DNA of 64,000 nt from an uncultured Clostridia bacterium. GTDB taxonomy: Bacteria; Bacillota; Clostridia; Christensenellales; UBA3700. Positions 38,603 to 48,641 of the stretch are shown here, piece by piece. Position 1 is the first letter of the stretch; the number at the start of each line of letters is the position of its first letter. A program made the translations under genes and the position numbers. The notes beneath the pieces are model-generated. The model was not told the origin of the DNA and made no database searches. It saw nothing but the letters and a program-made list of their open reading frames with translations. The stretch is from positions 14,083 through 78,082 of the forward strand of contig CANSGN010000005.1 in NCBI GenBank assembly GCA_947646415.1, written 5' to 3'.

Positions 38603-38631
38603 TTAACAAATCGATATTGTTGTGCTATAAT
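38603..38631 (+). promoter_or_regulatory. Sigma-A promoter for groESL
   Basis: TTAACA-N17-TATAAT with an extended TGc upstream of the -10 element. Confidence 0.6.
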
Positions 38632-38639
38632 AAACAATG

Positions 38640-38666
38640 TTAGCAGTCGAAGTGTTAGATTGCTAA
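38640..38666 (+). promoter_or_regulatory. CIRCE operator (HrcA binding site)
   Basis: TTAGCAGTC-N9-GATTGCTAA against the consensus TTAGCACTC-N9-GAGTGCTAA. It lies between the -10 element and groES. Confidence 0.8.
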
Positions 38667-38696
38667 TTTACATAGTAATATTTTGGAGGTATATAT

Positions 38697-40630
<1,934 letters not shown>

Positions 40631-40703
40631 TAAGAAACAAATATTAAACAGCTGCTAAATTTTCAAATTTAATCTAAGCATTAAAAAATGACATAAAACA
40701 AAA

Positions 40704-40732
40704 TCTCGGGACTATTTTAGTCCCGATTTTTG
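40704..40732 (+). terminator. Intrinsic terminator after groEL
   Basis: TCGGGACT-atttt-AGTCCCGA followed by TTTTT. Confidence 0.8.
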
Positions 40733-40784
40733 TTAGGTTGTTACAAATTTTATTAAATTTTGGTGTTAGCAACAAAAAACGTTA

Positions 40785-40823
40785 AACAAAAAATGACTTT
40801 AAACTAAATTTAAAGTCATTTTT
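40785..40823 (-). terminator. Terminator ending the trpS-to-membrane-protein operon
   Basis: AATGACTTTAAA-N5-TTTAAAGTCATT followed by TTTTTGTTT on the minus strand. Confidence 0.7.
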
Positions 40824-40826
40824 AAA

Positions 40827-41528
40827 TTATTCATTATCTATGTCGTTATCTTTTTTATTACTAGTTTCCTGCTCGTTGTCTAACTTAGCATCATCACTAT
40901 CTATTTTATCAAAATCGCTAAAAACATCCTCTTTCGGATTCTCTTCTCCATTGTACATTATGTCATCGGGAGTGGTAGTTTTTGAGGTCTTTTTTATTAT
41001 TTTATTTATTACCATAGTGAAATTTTTAAACACAAGATGCATCATCAAATCGTACAGCAAAAACAATGGAATGCCTGCTAAACTTACGATTAAATACGTC
41101 ATTTCTATCGTGTTGCCAAAAATTATAAATGCAGGTATAAGCTTATTAAACAAAAACCAAAAAATTGCTACAACTGCTTCGAAATATCCTATCTTTATTA
41201 CATAAACAACCGAATATTTAAGTATTTTGTTTTTGATAAGCGGAGACAATTTTTCTTCTGTTAACCATTGAACAAGCACATACGCACCGAAAAACAATAT
41301 AAACGGCAATGCATTGATATTACCTATCAAAAATGCAAAAATACTAGTCGAAACATAGGACAAAATACCACCAAGCAAATATTTTTGAGTAAGTGGCATT
41401 TGAATACATATTGCCGATAATACAGCTAATGACAAAGTCATAAATTCTACATAAATAGAGCCGACAACACAAATAAGTGCTAATGCACAGGATATACCCG
41501 ACAAAGCAATTATATGACTTCTTTTCAT
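40827..41528 (-). CDS. Polytopic membrane protein (5-6 TM) with acidic, disordered C-terminal tail; function unknown
   Basis: 233 aa. SD AAGGTGAG. The start lies 9 nt after the J-like gene stop. Confidence 0.65.
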   Translation of the reverse strand: MKRSHIIALSGISCALALICVVGSIYVEFMTLSLAVLSAICIQMPLTQKYLLGGILSYVSTSIFAFLIGNINALPFILFFGAYVLVQWLTEEKLSPLIKNKILKYSVVYVIKIGYFEAVVAIFWFLFNKLIPAFIIFGNTIEMTYLIVSLAGIPLFLLYDLMMHLVFKNFTMVINKIIKKTSKTTTPDDIMYNGEENPKEDVFSDFDKIDSDDAKLDNEQETSNKKDNDIDNE

Positions 41529-41537
41529 TTACTCACC

Positions 41538-42191
41538 TTAGCAACAACTAATCAAATCGGCTCCGCAGCACTCACAACAGGTGTCACAGCAGTACAAAGT
41601 ACAACAAGTGTTGCAACATGCATCGGCATTTCTTTGAGAATTGCTCATTTGCGGCTCTGTATACCCACCTCTGTTTTGTTGTTGCGCACCGCTATATTGC
41701 TGACCTTGTTGATTTTGATTTGCAAACGGATCAGATTGTGCCATATCAGCATTTAATTTGCGAAGAGCCTCGGCATACTTGTAATTTTTAGGGTCCATAC
41801 TTACGCAAATTTCAAGCTGTGTTTTGCTATCGCTAAACCATTTTTTCTTGTAATAAACGATAGATTGATAATAGTGCCACTCCGCATCTCTGCTATCAAT
41901 ACCATCAAGCTTAGACTGTGCCTCTACCAATTTATCTTCCTTGATAAGGCGACTGACATCCTCGTAAACTTTGCTAGAATCTGCAACAGTAGCTTTATCG
42001 TGTAAAATATTTTGACATTCATTGTATGCCCATTCTAACTCTTCAAGCTTTCTTATTGCTTCCGCACCTGCCTCTCCTTCAAGAAATCTATCTGCCTTAT
42101 ATTTGTTTTGCAAATTTGTATAAGCATCCTGCAATTCTGCAAAAGTCGCATCCTCACTGACACCTAATATTAAATACGGATTTTTTTGCAA
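41538..42191 (-). CDS. J-like domain (HPD replaced by KAD), TPR-like region, Q/N-rich linker and C-terminal cysteine string
   Basis: The preferred start is TTG 42191, 8 nt after GGGGAGGAA. Track ATG 42242 has no SD. NPYLILGVSEDATFAELQDAYTNLQNKYKADRF. The C-terminus is CCNTCCTLYCCDTCCECCGADLISCC. Confidence 0.75.
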   Translation of the reverse strand: MQKNPYLILGVSEDATFAELQDAYTNLQNKYKADRFLEGEAGAEAIRKLEELEWAYNECQNILHDKATVADSSKVYEDVSRLIKEDKLVEAQSKLDGIDSRDAEWHYYQSIVYYKKKWFSDSKTQLEICVSMDPKNYKYAEALRKLNADMAQSDPFANQNQQGQQYSGAQQQNRGGYTEPQMSNSQRNADACCNTCCTLYCCDTCCECCGADLISCC

Positions 42192-43057
42192 TTTTCTTTC
42201 CTCCCCAAAATATCTTGCGTTCTCATTAAAATGCCATACCATAAAATGTTTGTAATAGCACCCTCATTAAATTTTAACTCTATATTTTTATATGCACTTT
42301 TTATTGCATTATAACATGTCATAAGCAAAAATTCTATTTCTGCACCCTTATCTTCATAAAACTTGTCTTTATCTTGATAAGTATACCCCACAAAAAACGG
42401 ATTAAACTCGCCGTTCTTATGGTCTTTCTCCACATCGTCAATTCCGTCAATTATATAAACCCATTTACCCAAAAAGTAAAATAAATTTTCGATATTCTCA
42501 GTACACTTACTGTCAAGCACTGTTTTTACGGCAAATTTCAACATATTTGCAAACGGGTCTGCAAGCATATCTATACTAGCCGTTCCTTGCTTTTCAAGCT
42601 CTCTCAATCTTGCATATTCATCGCAAAACAACTTGTCTAGCTCAGGGAAATGCTTTTTTGCTTTTTTATATTTACCGCTGACTACCAAGCTTTTAAGCAT
42701 ACTTTTAGCCAAGCTTTTTGCTAAATCTGATTTTTTGCTATCAAGCTTATCGTCAATCAATTTATAATAGATTAAGAGTGTATTGATATCTACCACTTTA
42801 TCGGTAAGCTCATCGCCTTTTACTACCGATTTCTTTTTAGGAGATAAAATACACGGCTCGCTCTTATAATTTGGCTTTATTTCCATAACTGCATGGCAAA
42901 ACATATCAAAAAAGACCATATCGTAATTGGTTGTAAATCTCATAAACTGCCCGCAATCTTTGCCGATACGCTTACAAAGACCACAATAATACGCTTTGTA
43001 ATTATAGTAATCTTTCATAAACATATTCATTTTATCGGGAATAACATAACCAAACAT
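42170..43057 (-). CDS. DUF5685-like protein (family assignment from memory of the N-terminal pattern)
   Basis: 295 aa. MFGYVIPDKMNMFMKDYYNYKAYYCGLCKRIGKDCG. The start overlaps the trpS stop (TAATG). Confidence 0.6.
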   Translation of the reverse strand: MFGYVIPDKMNMFMKDYYNYKAYYCGLCKRIGKDCGQFMRFTTNYDMVFFDMFCHAVMEIKPNYKSEPCILSPKKKSVVKGDELTDKVVDINTLLIYYKLIDDKLDSKKSDLAKSLAKSMLKSLVVSGKYKKAKKHFPELDKLFCDEYARLRELEKQGTASIDMLADPFANMLKFAVKTVLDSKCTENIENLFYFLGKWVYIIDGIDDVEKDHKNGEFNPFFVGYTYQDKDKFYEDKGAEIEFLLMTCYNAIKSAYKNIELKFNEGAITNILWYGILMRTQDILGRKENCKKIRI

Positions 43058-44055
43058 TATAGCTGTACCAATCCGACTTTTTTATAAACTTTGCGCAATG
43101 TCTTACGGGCTATACTTGACGCTTGCTCTTGTCCTGCTTTTGCTATAGCCAAAAGACCATCCTTATCCTTTATCAATTCGTCATATCTTGATTTTATAGG
43201 GGCAAGCAAATCTACAACACTTACACCAACTGCTTCCTTTAATGCAGCGTAGCTCAAACCTTGCAACTCTTTAACTGCATCCTCAACGCTAATGCCTTTG
43301 CTACAAGCGTAAATGGTAATTAAGTTTGTAATACCCGGTTTGTCCTCTCCGATTCTTATCTCGTTGTCACTATCCGTAACCGCTCTTTTAAATTTACGCA
43401 TTATATCGTCTTGGCTATCTAAAATAGAAATAGTTGCATTTAAATTGCTATCGCTTTTGCTCATTTTGGCAAGCGGATTTTGCAAACTCATTATTTTTGC
43501 TCCTACCTTTGAAATATAAGGTTCAGGTACAGTAAATGTTGGGCTGTAAGCATTGTTAAACCTTGCAGCCAAATCGCGAGCAATCTCCAAATGTTGTTTT
43601 TGGTCAACTCCCACAGGTACAAGTGATGTATTGTAAAGCAAAATATCTGCTGCCATTAAAACAGGATAATCCATCAGTCCCATGTTAATGTTGTCAGGAT
43701 GTTTTTGTGATTTTTCCTTAAATTGAGTCATACGGCTTGCCTCGCCGATATAAGTTATACAATTTAAAATCCATGTAAGCTCTGCATGTTCGTGCACATG
43801 TGATTGAAAATACATAATGTTTTTTTGCGGATCCAAGCCGCAAGCCAAATACTGTGCAAAAAATGACAACGCACGATTTCTGAATTCGCTTGGCACTTGC
43901 CTTACCGTTAAAGAGTGCAAATCCGCAATACTGAAAATACATTGATACTCGTCGTTATCTTGCAATTTTAGCCAATTTGAAAGTGCTCCTATATAATTAC
44001 CCAAAGTAACTAAGCCCGTTGGTTGAATACCGCTGTAAATGATTTTTTTGTCCAT
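43057..44055 (-). CDS. trpS: Tryptophan--tRNA ligase
   Basis: 332 aa. SGIQPTG, HLGNY-type (TLGNYIGA) and KMSKS motifs. SD GGAGGTG. Confidence 0.95.
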   Translation of the reverse strand: MDKKIIYSGIQPTGLVTLGNYIGALSNWLKLQDNDEYQCIFSIADLHSLTVRQVPSEFRNRALSFFAQYLACGLDPQKNIMYFQSHVHEHAELTWILNCITYIGEASRMTQFKEKSQKHPDNINMGLMDYPVLMAADILLYNTSLVPVGVDQKQHLEIARDLAARFNNAYSPTFTVPEPYISKVGAKIMSLQNPLAKMSKSDSNLNATISILDSQDDIMRKFKRAVTDSDNEIRIGEDKPGITNLITIYACSKGISVEDAVKELQGLSYAALKEAVGVSVVDLLAPIKSRYDELIKDKDGLLAIAKAGQEQASSIARKTLRKVYKKVGLVQL

Positions 44056-44085
44056 AAAGCACCTCCATTAAATAAATTCTAGTAA

Positions 44086-44114
44086 ATTATACCATATATT
44101 TTAATAAAAGTAAA
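44086..44114 (-). promoter_or_regulatory. Sigma-A promoter for trpS (short leader)
   Basis: Minus strand TTTACT-N17-TATAAT with an extended TGg. The leader is only ~30 nt. Confidence 0.55.
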
Positions 44115-44361
44115 TAGTTTTTAATCTTATTTTAATTATAAAGGTCTCAAATCAAGCATTGAATGTGTAATACTAAAAATTTATTTTCAAAGAATTTAAT
44201 CTTTCGCTCAAAGCAATTTTATTTTTTAATTTTTGGAGTTTAAAAATCAATTCCAACAAAAAAACATTCAAAAATCGACACTATTTTTATTTATTTTATA
44301 TTTTATTACGTTTAACATTTTTATTTTATATATATCGCAATATTTGCAATAAAATATCAAT

Positions 44362-44390
44362 TTGACATTGTACATTCAATATGATATAAT
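44362..44390 (+). promoter_or_regulatory. Consensus sigma-A promoter driving the 40-codon ORF
   Basis: TTGACA-N17-TATAAT, exact. Confidence 0.6.
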
Positions 44391-44425
44391 TTTGTTATCA
44401 ATATAAACCACAAGGAAAAAGAAAA

Positions 44426-44548
44426 ATGGATTTTAACAATATTAACGATAGTATAAATCAATTTATTAATTATACTTTTATTAACGAAAAAATTTTGGAT
44501 GACGATTCAAATAATAACAATTCAGACGATGACAAATCCGACGATTAA
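44426..44548 (+). CDS. Hypothetical 40-aa acidic peptide
   Basis: MDFNNINDSINQFINYTFINEKILDDDSNNNNSDDDKSDD. SD AAGGA lies 9 nt upstream. A consensus promoter precedes it and a terminator follows. It is below the ORF-track size cut-off. Confidence 0.4.
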   Translation: MDFNNINDSINQFINYTFINEKILDDDSNNNNSDDDKSDD

Positions 44549-44561
44549 ATATTTTAACGAT

Positions 44562-44597
44562 AAAAAAAATTGTGTGATATCATCACACAATTTTTTA
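44562..44597. terminator. Perfect bidirectional terminator shared by two convergent mini-genes
   Basis: A8-ATTGTGTGAT-atc-ATCACACAAT-T6. The 10-bp stem is perfect. Confidence 0.8.
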
Positions 44598-44598
44598 T

Positions 44599-44736
44599 TT
44601 AGTCCATCATTTCTTTATATTTGCTTTTCATTTTTCTAGCAATTTTTTTCATTGTTTTTTCTATTTTATTTTCTGACATACACGCATAAGTTGCAACTGC
44701 GCCTGCCGTGATACCAAGCAGAATTCCAACTTTCAT
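44599..44736 (-). CDS. Hypothetical 45-aa small membrane protein (hydrophobic N-terminus, Lys-rich C-terminus)
   Basis: MKVGILLGITAGAVATYACMSENKIEKTMKKIARKMKSKYKEMMD. A strong SD GGGGAGGTG lies 5 nt upstream. The stop is 2 nt from the terminator. Confidence 0.55.
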   Translation of the reverse strand: MKVGILLGITAGAVATYACMSENKIEKTMKKIARKMKSKYKEMMD

Positions 44737-44904
44737 AATTCACCTCCCCAATATAGTTTGTATAATTAAAGGCAAATTATTAAATAATATATTATATTTC
44801 ACAATATAATTAAGTATCTATTTATCCGAAGAATATTACACATAAATTAATTAGTATAAAACAGCAAAAAAACAAATATTATTTTTTTATCACTACCCCA
44901 AAAA

Positions 44905-44936
44905 TTAAAATGCCACCTTATATCGGTAGCATTTTA
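44905..44936 (-). terminator. Intrinsic terminator after iscU
   Basis: Minus strand AAATGCTACC-N7-GGTGGCATTT followed by a T-rich tract. Confidence 0.6.
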
Positions 44937-44945
44937 ATTATTATA

Positions 44946-45317
44946 TTAGTTATTCTTTTTGTCACGGTAATCTTCTACAGCTTTTTTTATTGCTTCCTCT
45001 GCCAAAACCGAACAGTGGATTTTTTGCGGTGGAAGTCCTTGCAATGTTTCCACAACATCTTTATTTTTTATGTTAAGTGCCTCGTCCAAAGTTTTACCTA
45101 TAACCATTTGAGTAGCAACCGAACTGCTGGCAATAGCTGCTGCACAACCGAATGTCCTAAACTTAGCATCTGTAATGATATCATTGTCTATCTTCAAACT
45201 GATTTCCATAATATCGCCGCAAGATGCATTACCTACTTTTCCTACGCCGTCTGCATTTTCAATAAAACCTACATTTTTAGGCTCTGCAAATTCTTTCATT
45301 ACTCTTTCGTTATACAT
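44946..45317 (-). CDS. iscU: Fe-S cluster scaffold protein (NifU N-terminal/IscU type)
   Basis: 123 aa. GNASCGD...GCAAAIASSS...HCSVLA cluster-ligand cysteines. Confidence 0.9.
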   Translation of the reverse strand: MYNERVMKEFAEPKNVGFIENADGVGKVGNASCGDIMEISLKIDNDIITDAKFRTFGCAAAIASSSVATQMVIGKTLDEALNIKNKDVVETLQGLPPQKIHCSVLAEEAIKKAVEDYRDKKNN

Positions 45318-46500
45318 ACTTGTTTTCTCCTTTTTTAATCAAAAATAATGGCGATAACTCCCTTAAATCTTGTACAATCTTAACCAAATTTTGTACGCAA
45401 TAGTCAATTTCTTGCTTTGTATTGTTTTTGCCAAAGCTAAATCTCAACGAGCCGTGTGCAAGTTCGATAGCTCTGCCTGTTGCAAGCAATACATAAGATG
45501 GCTCTAAGCTGCCTGATGAGCAAGCTGACCCGCTTGAAACGGATATTCCTGCCAAATCAAGCCTTAACAAAAGCGATTCGCCCTCTATAAATTCAAAACT
45601 GAAATTAGCATTTGATGCCAACCTTTTATTAGATTTTGTTCCGTTATAATAAACATTATCAATCTTACTTTCTACCTGTGCTACAAAATAATCCCTTAAT
45701 TCGGATACATATTTGTTGTTTTTGTCTATGTCACGGGTTGCAATTTCAATAGCCTTGCCCATTCCAACAATAGCGGGAGTATTTAATGTACCTGCTCTCA
45801 TATTTCGCTCTTGCTCGCCGCCCGTCATGTAACTGCTAAGTTTAATGCCGTTACGTCTATACAAAACACCTATGCCTTTTGGGCCGTAAAATTTGTGAGC
45901 AGACATTGAAAGCAAATCGATATTCATTTCCTTTACATCTATTTTTACATTACCTATTGCTTGCACTGCATCGGTATGAAAAATAATGTTGTTTGCTTTT
46001 GCAATAGCGCCTATTTCCTTTATGTCCTGAATTGTTCCTATTTCGTTATTTGCAGTCATTACGGATATCAAAATGGTATCCGGTCTGATAGCATTTTTTA
46101 ATTCCTCCAAGCAAATAAAGCCCTCGCTGTCAACACCCAAAAATGTTACTTCAGCCAAGCCATTTTTTTGCAAACTTTCCAAGGTTTTAATCATTGCAGG
46201 GTGCTCAATACAAGTGGTTATAATATGTTTCCCCTTTGCCTTATAACCTGACAAAACTCCACGTATCGCCCAATTATCCGACTCGGTACCGCCGCTTGTA
46301 AAATAAATTTCACCGGGCTTTGCACCTATTGCATCCGCAACCTGACGTCTTGCTATATCTATATATTTTCCCGCTTCTCTGCCGTGGGAATGTTGAGAAC
46401 TGCCATTGCCATATATATCCGTAAAAAACGGTAACATTTCTTTAACAACTTCCTCACTTGTAGGTGTTGTTGCCGAATGGTCAAAATAAATTCTATTCAT
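45310..46500 (-). CDS. nifS: Cysteine desulfurase (NifS/IscS type)
   Basis: 396 aa. SAHKFYGPKG PLP-lysine motif and SSGSACSS active-site loop. Confidence 0.9.
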   Translation of the reverse strand: MNRIYFDHSATTPTSEEVVKEMLPFFTDIYGNGSSQHSHGREAGKYIDIARRQVADAIGAKPGEIYFTSGGTESDNWAIRGVLSGYKAKGKHIITTCIEHPAMIKTLESLQKNGLAEVTFLGVDSEGFICLEELKNAIRPDTILISVMTANNEIGTIQDIKEIGAIAKANNIIFHTDAVQAIGNVKIDVKEMNIDLLSMSAHKFYGPKGIGVLYRRNGIKLSSYMTGGEQERNMRAGTLNTPAIVGMGKAIEIATRDIDKNNKYVSELRDYFVAQVESKIDNVYYNGTKSNKRLASNANFSFEFIEGESLLLRLDLAGISVSSGSACSSGSLEPSYVLLATGRAIELAHGSLRFSFGKNNTKQEIDYCVQNLVKIVQDLRELSPLFLIKKGENKYV

Positions 46501-46891
46501 TTTTTTCTCCTTCGCAAATCTCTATTAGTTTCATATTATCTAAGGAATTATTTATCGTATCATAAAGCTTTTGCCAAACAGTGTAACATTTGCATTTTTT
46601 TTCGCACTCTCCGCTTATACATTCAACAAACTTCAAATCGTCTTCCAATGCTCGCAAAATTTCGCCCACACTGATATCATAAGGACTTCTTGCAAGTTTG
46701 TATCCTCCGCCCGCACCACGAATGGAAACAATAAGTCCCGCACGTTTGAGTATTGCCATAAGTTGTTCGAGATAAGCTTCGGATGTACTCGTACTTTCCG
46801 CAATTTGCAAAGTGCTTACCACTTCGTCATATTTTACGGCAAGTTCACACATTGCTTTTAAGCCATATCTTGATTTGGATGATAACTTCAT
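46493..46891 (-). CDS. Rrf2 family transcriptional regulator (IscR/CymR-like)
   Basis: MKLSSKSRYGLKAMCELA...IRGAGGGYKLAR, plus C-terminal Cys residues. Confidence 0.85.
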   Translation of the reverse strand: MKLSSKSRYGLKAMCELAVKYDEVVSTLQIAESTSTSEAYLEQLMAILKRAGLIVSIRGAGGGYKLARSPYDISVGEILRALEDDLKFVECISGECEKKCKCYTVWQKLYDTINNSLDNMKLIEICEGEKNE

Positions 46892-46921
46892 AATTTTAAT
46901 TCCTACTATTTTACTAGGATT

Positions 46922-46950
46922 TATTTTATCACAACTTTTTTATATTGTCA
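46922..46950 (-). promoter_or_regulatory. Sigma-A promoter for rrf2-nifS-iscU
   Basis: Minus strand TTGACA-N17-TAAAAT. Confidence 0.55.
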
Positions 46951-47018
46951 ACAACTTTCATACAACCCTTAAAATAATTAATATGTAAAATTTGCTATAT
47001 TTAAAAAAACGAATAAAA

Positions 47019-47720
47019 TTACTTTATTATAAGATTATTTTCAATCAAATAGTCTTTCATTTTTTGCAATGCTTTTTTTTCTATCCTGCTTACATAAGAG
47101 CGGGAAATTTGCATTTTCGTTGCAATTTCTATTTGAGTATAAACAGCGGAATTTTGCAGTCCATATCTGAGTTGTATTATCTCGTATTCCCTGTCTGTAA
47201 GTATTTTTTTCATTATGTCTAACAGTTTTTCCGCCATTATTTCATTTTCTACTTGCCCGTAAACGCTCTCCTCATCTGTCGCAATAATATCTATAAACGA
47301 TATTTCGTTGCCATCTTTATCAAAACTTAGCGGCTCATATAGCGAACGGTCTTGTATCCTTTTTTTAGATGCCCTCAAAGTCATTAATATCTCGTTTTCA
47401 ATACATCTTGCAGCATAAGTTGCAAGTCCTGTTCCTTTACCTTTTGAATAGGTTTTTACCGCCTTTATAAGTCCAAGTGAGCCAACGGATATTAACTCGT
47501 CGGTATCATAATAATTATTGTATTTTTTTACTACATGTATAACAAGTCTCATATTGTGCTTAATAAGTTTATCCCTTGCATCAATGTCTCCCTCCGCTAT
47601 TTTATCAAGCAGTTCCGACTCCGTTTGTTTGTCAAGTGGCTTAGGAAAATTTCCGTCCGACCCAACATAACATGTTTGAAAAATAACATTGGATAAAAAA
47701 TCAAATACTCCTGAAATCAT
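47019..47720 (-). CDS. sigK: Sporulation sigma factor SigK (pro-sigma-K), uninterrupted
   Basis: 233 aa. FPKPLDKQTESELL...HNMRLVIHVVKKY...GTGLATYAARCIENEILM parallels B. subtilis pro-sigma-K. It is one continuous ORF. Confidence 0.85.
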   Translation of the reverse strand: MISGVFDFLSNVIFQTCYVGSDGNFPKPLDKQTESELLDKIAEGDIDARDKLIKHNMRLVIHVVKKYNNYYDTDELISVGSLGLIKAVKTYSKGKGTGLATYAARCIENEILMTLRASKKRIQDRSLYEPLSFDKDGNEISFIDIIATDEESVYGQVENEIMAEKLLDIMKKILTDREYEIIQLRYGLQNSAVYTQIEIATKMQISRSYVSRIEKKALQKMKDYLIENNLIIK

Positions 47721-47964
47721 AAATTCACCTCATATTTACTTTATTTCGCAAAAAAAATATAATTACATAAACCAAGCTTACTGCTTGTTTCTTTTTTACA
47801 CTTGATTGCGATTTTGTATAAAATGAGATGAATTTAATTTTAATTTAATAACAAATCATGTATTGAATAACATTTATTTTTCTTTGTTAATTATAATATC
47901 GGCATTAATATGCGATTAACAAAAGGCAAACAAAAGTTCGCCTTTTATTTCGCTGCGCTAATAG

Positions 47965-47998
47965 AAAAAACAGCACCCTTTAAAGAGTGCTGTTTTCG
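47965..47998 (-). terminator. Intrinsic terminator after hup
   Basis: AAAACAGCAC-N10-GTGCTGTTTT with a T-run on the minus strand. Confidence 0.75.
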
Positions 47999-48011
47999 TT
48001 AGTAATCAAAA

Positions 48012-48287
48012 TTAAGCATTTAAGAAATCTTTTAGAGACTTAGTTGCTTTGAAAGCAACAGCATTGCTAGCTGCAATATTGATTGTCTCGCCGGTGTGTG
48101 GGTTGCGACCTGTTCTAGCAGGCTTTGCTTTTAGCTCAAAGCTACCTAAACCTTGAACAACAACTTTGTCATTCTTTGCTACATTTTCAGCAATAGCTTT
48201 TGTAAAAGCATCCATAACTTTTGCTACATCAACTTGAGTCATACCGGACTCGCTTGCAATACTTGCGATAAGTTCTTTATTAGTCAT
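48012..48287 (-). CDS. hup: DNA-binding protein HU
   Basis: 91 aa. MTNKELIASIA...GFGSFE-type core...RNPHTGE arm. Confidence 0.95.
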   Translation of the reverse strand: MTNKELIASIASESGMTQVDVAKVMDAFTKAIAENVAKNDKVVVQGLGSFELKAKPARTGRNPHTGETINIAASNAVAFKATKSLKDFLNA

Positions 48288-48352
48288 TTTATTCCTCCTA
48301 ATTGTACATTCATAAATGATAATATTTTTTATGAACTTTTAATCTTGTTTAA

Positions 48353-48381
48353 ATTATACCATATTATGGACAAGTAATCAA
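48353..48381 (-). promoter_or_regulatory. Sigma-A promoter for hup
   Basis: Minus strand TTGATT-N17-TATAAT with an extended TGg. Confidence 0.55.
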
Positions 48382-48641
48382 TAGTTTATGAAATTTTATA
48401 CATATTTTTGACATATATTTTGCCTAAACTTTAGATAATGTCAATAATTTTATATAAAAATTAAAATTTAGTACCGATTTTTAGGGGATTATTTTTTATT
48501 TAATAATTTTTTTTAATGAACAATTTATGCAAAATTATTAGCATTTACAAGCATTTAGCGATTATAAATACATTTAATATAAAAAAATTACATTATATTT
48601 ACAATCTATATACTTATACAATACATATTTGTCGTATAAAA

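Noticed and set aside
44056-44120. A possible T-box riboswitch or TRAP (G/U)AG-repeat site upstream of trpS.
   Set aside because: A good extended -10 promoter lies ~30 nt from the ATG. There is no room for a ~200-nt T-box, and no spaced GAG/TAG triplets are present.
46892-46921. An imperfect inverted repeat, TCCTA-N10-TAGGA, between the rrf2 promoter and its start codon. I considered whether it is an IscR/CymR-type operator.
   Set aside because: Only 5 bp per arm match, and the repeat does not resemble the Rrf2-family operator consensus sequences I can recall. It could easily be chance in AT-rich DNA.
48288-48641. A 350-nt AT-rich spacer between cshA and hup with a plus-strand TTGACA-like motif (~48406). 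I considered whether it holds an sRNA or small ORF.
   Set aside because: The spacing from the -35 to any -10 element is poor (18-20 nt). There is no terminator, no SD-ORF pair and no stable structure. The hup promoter and leader account for the conserved-looking part.
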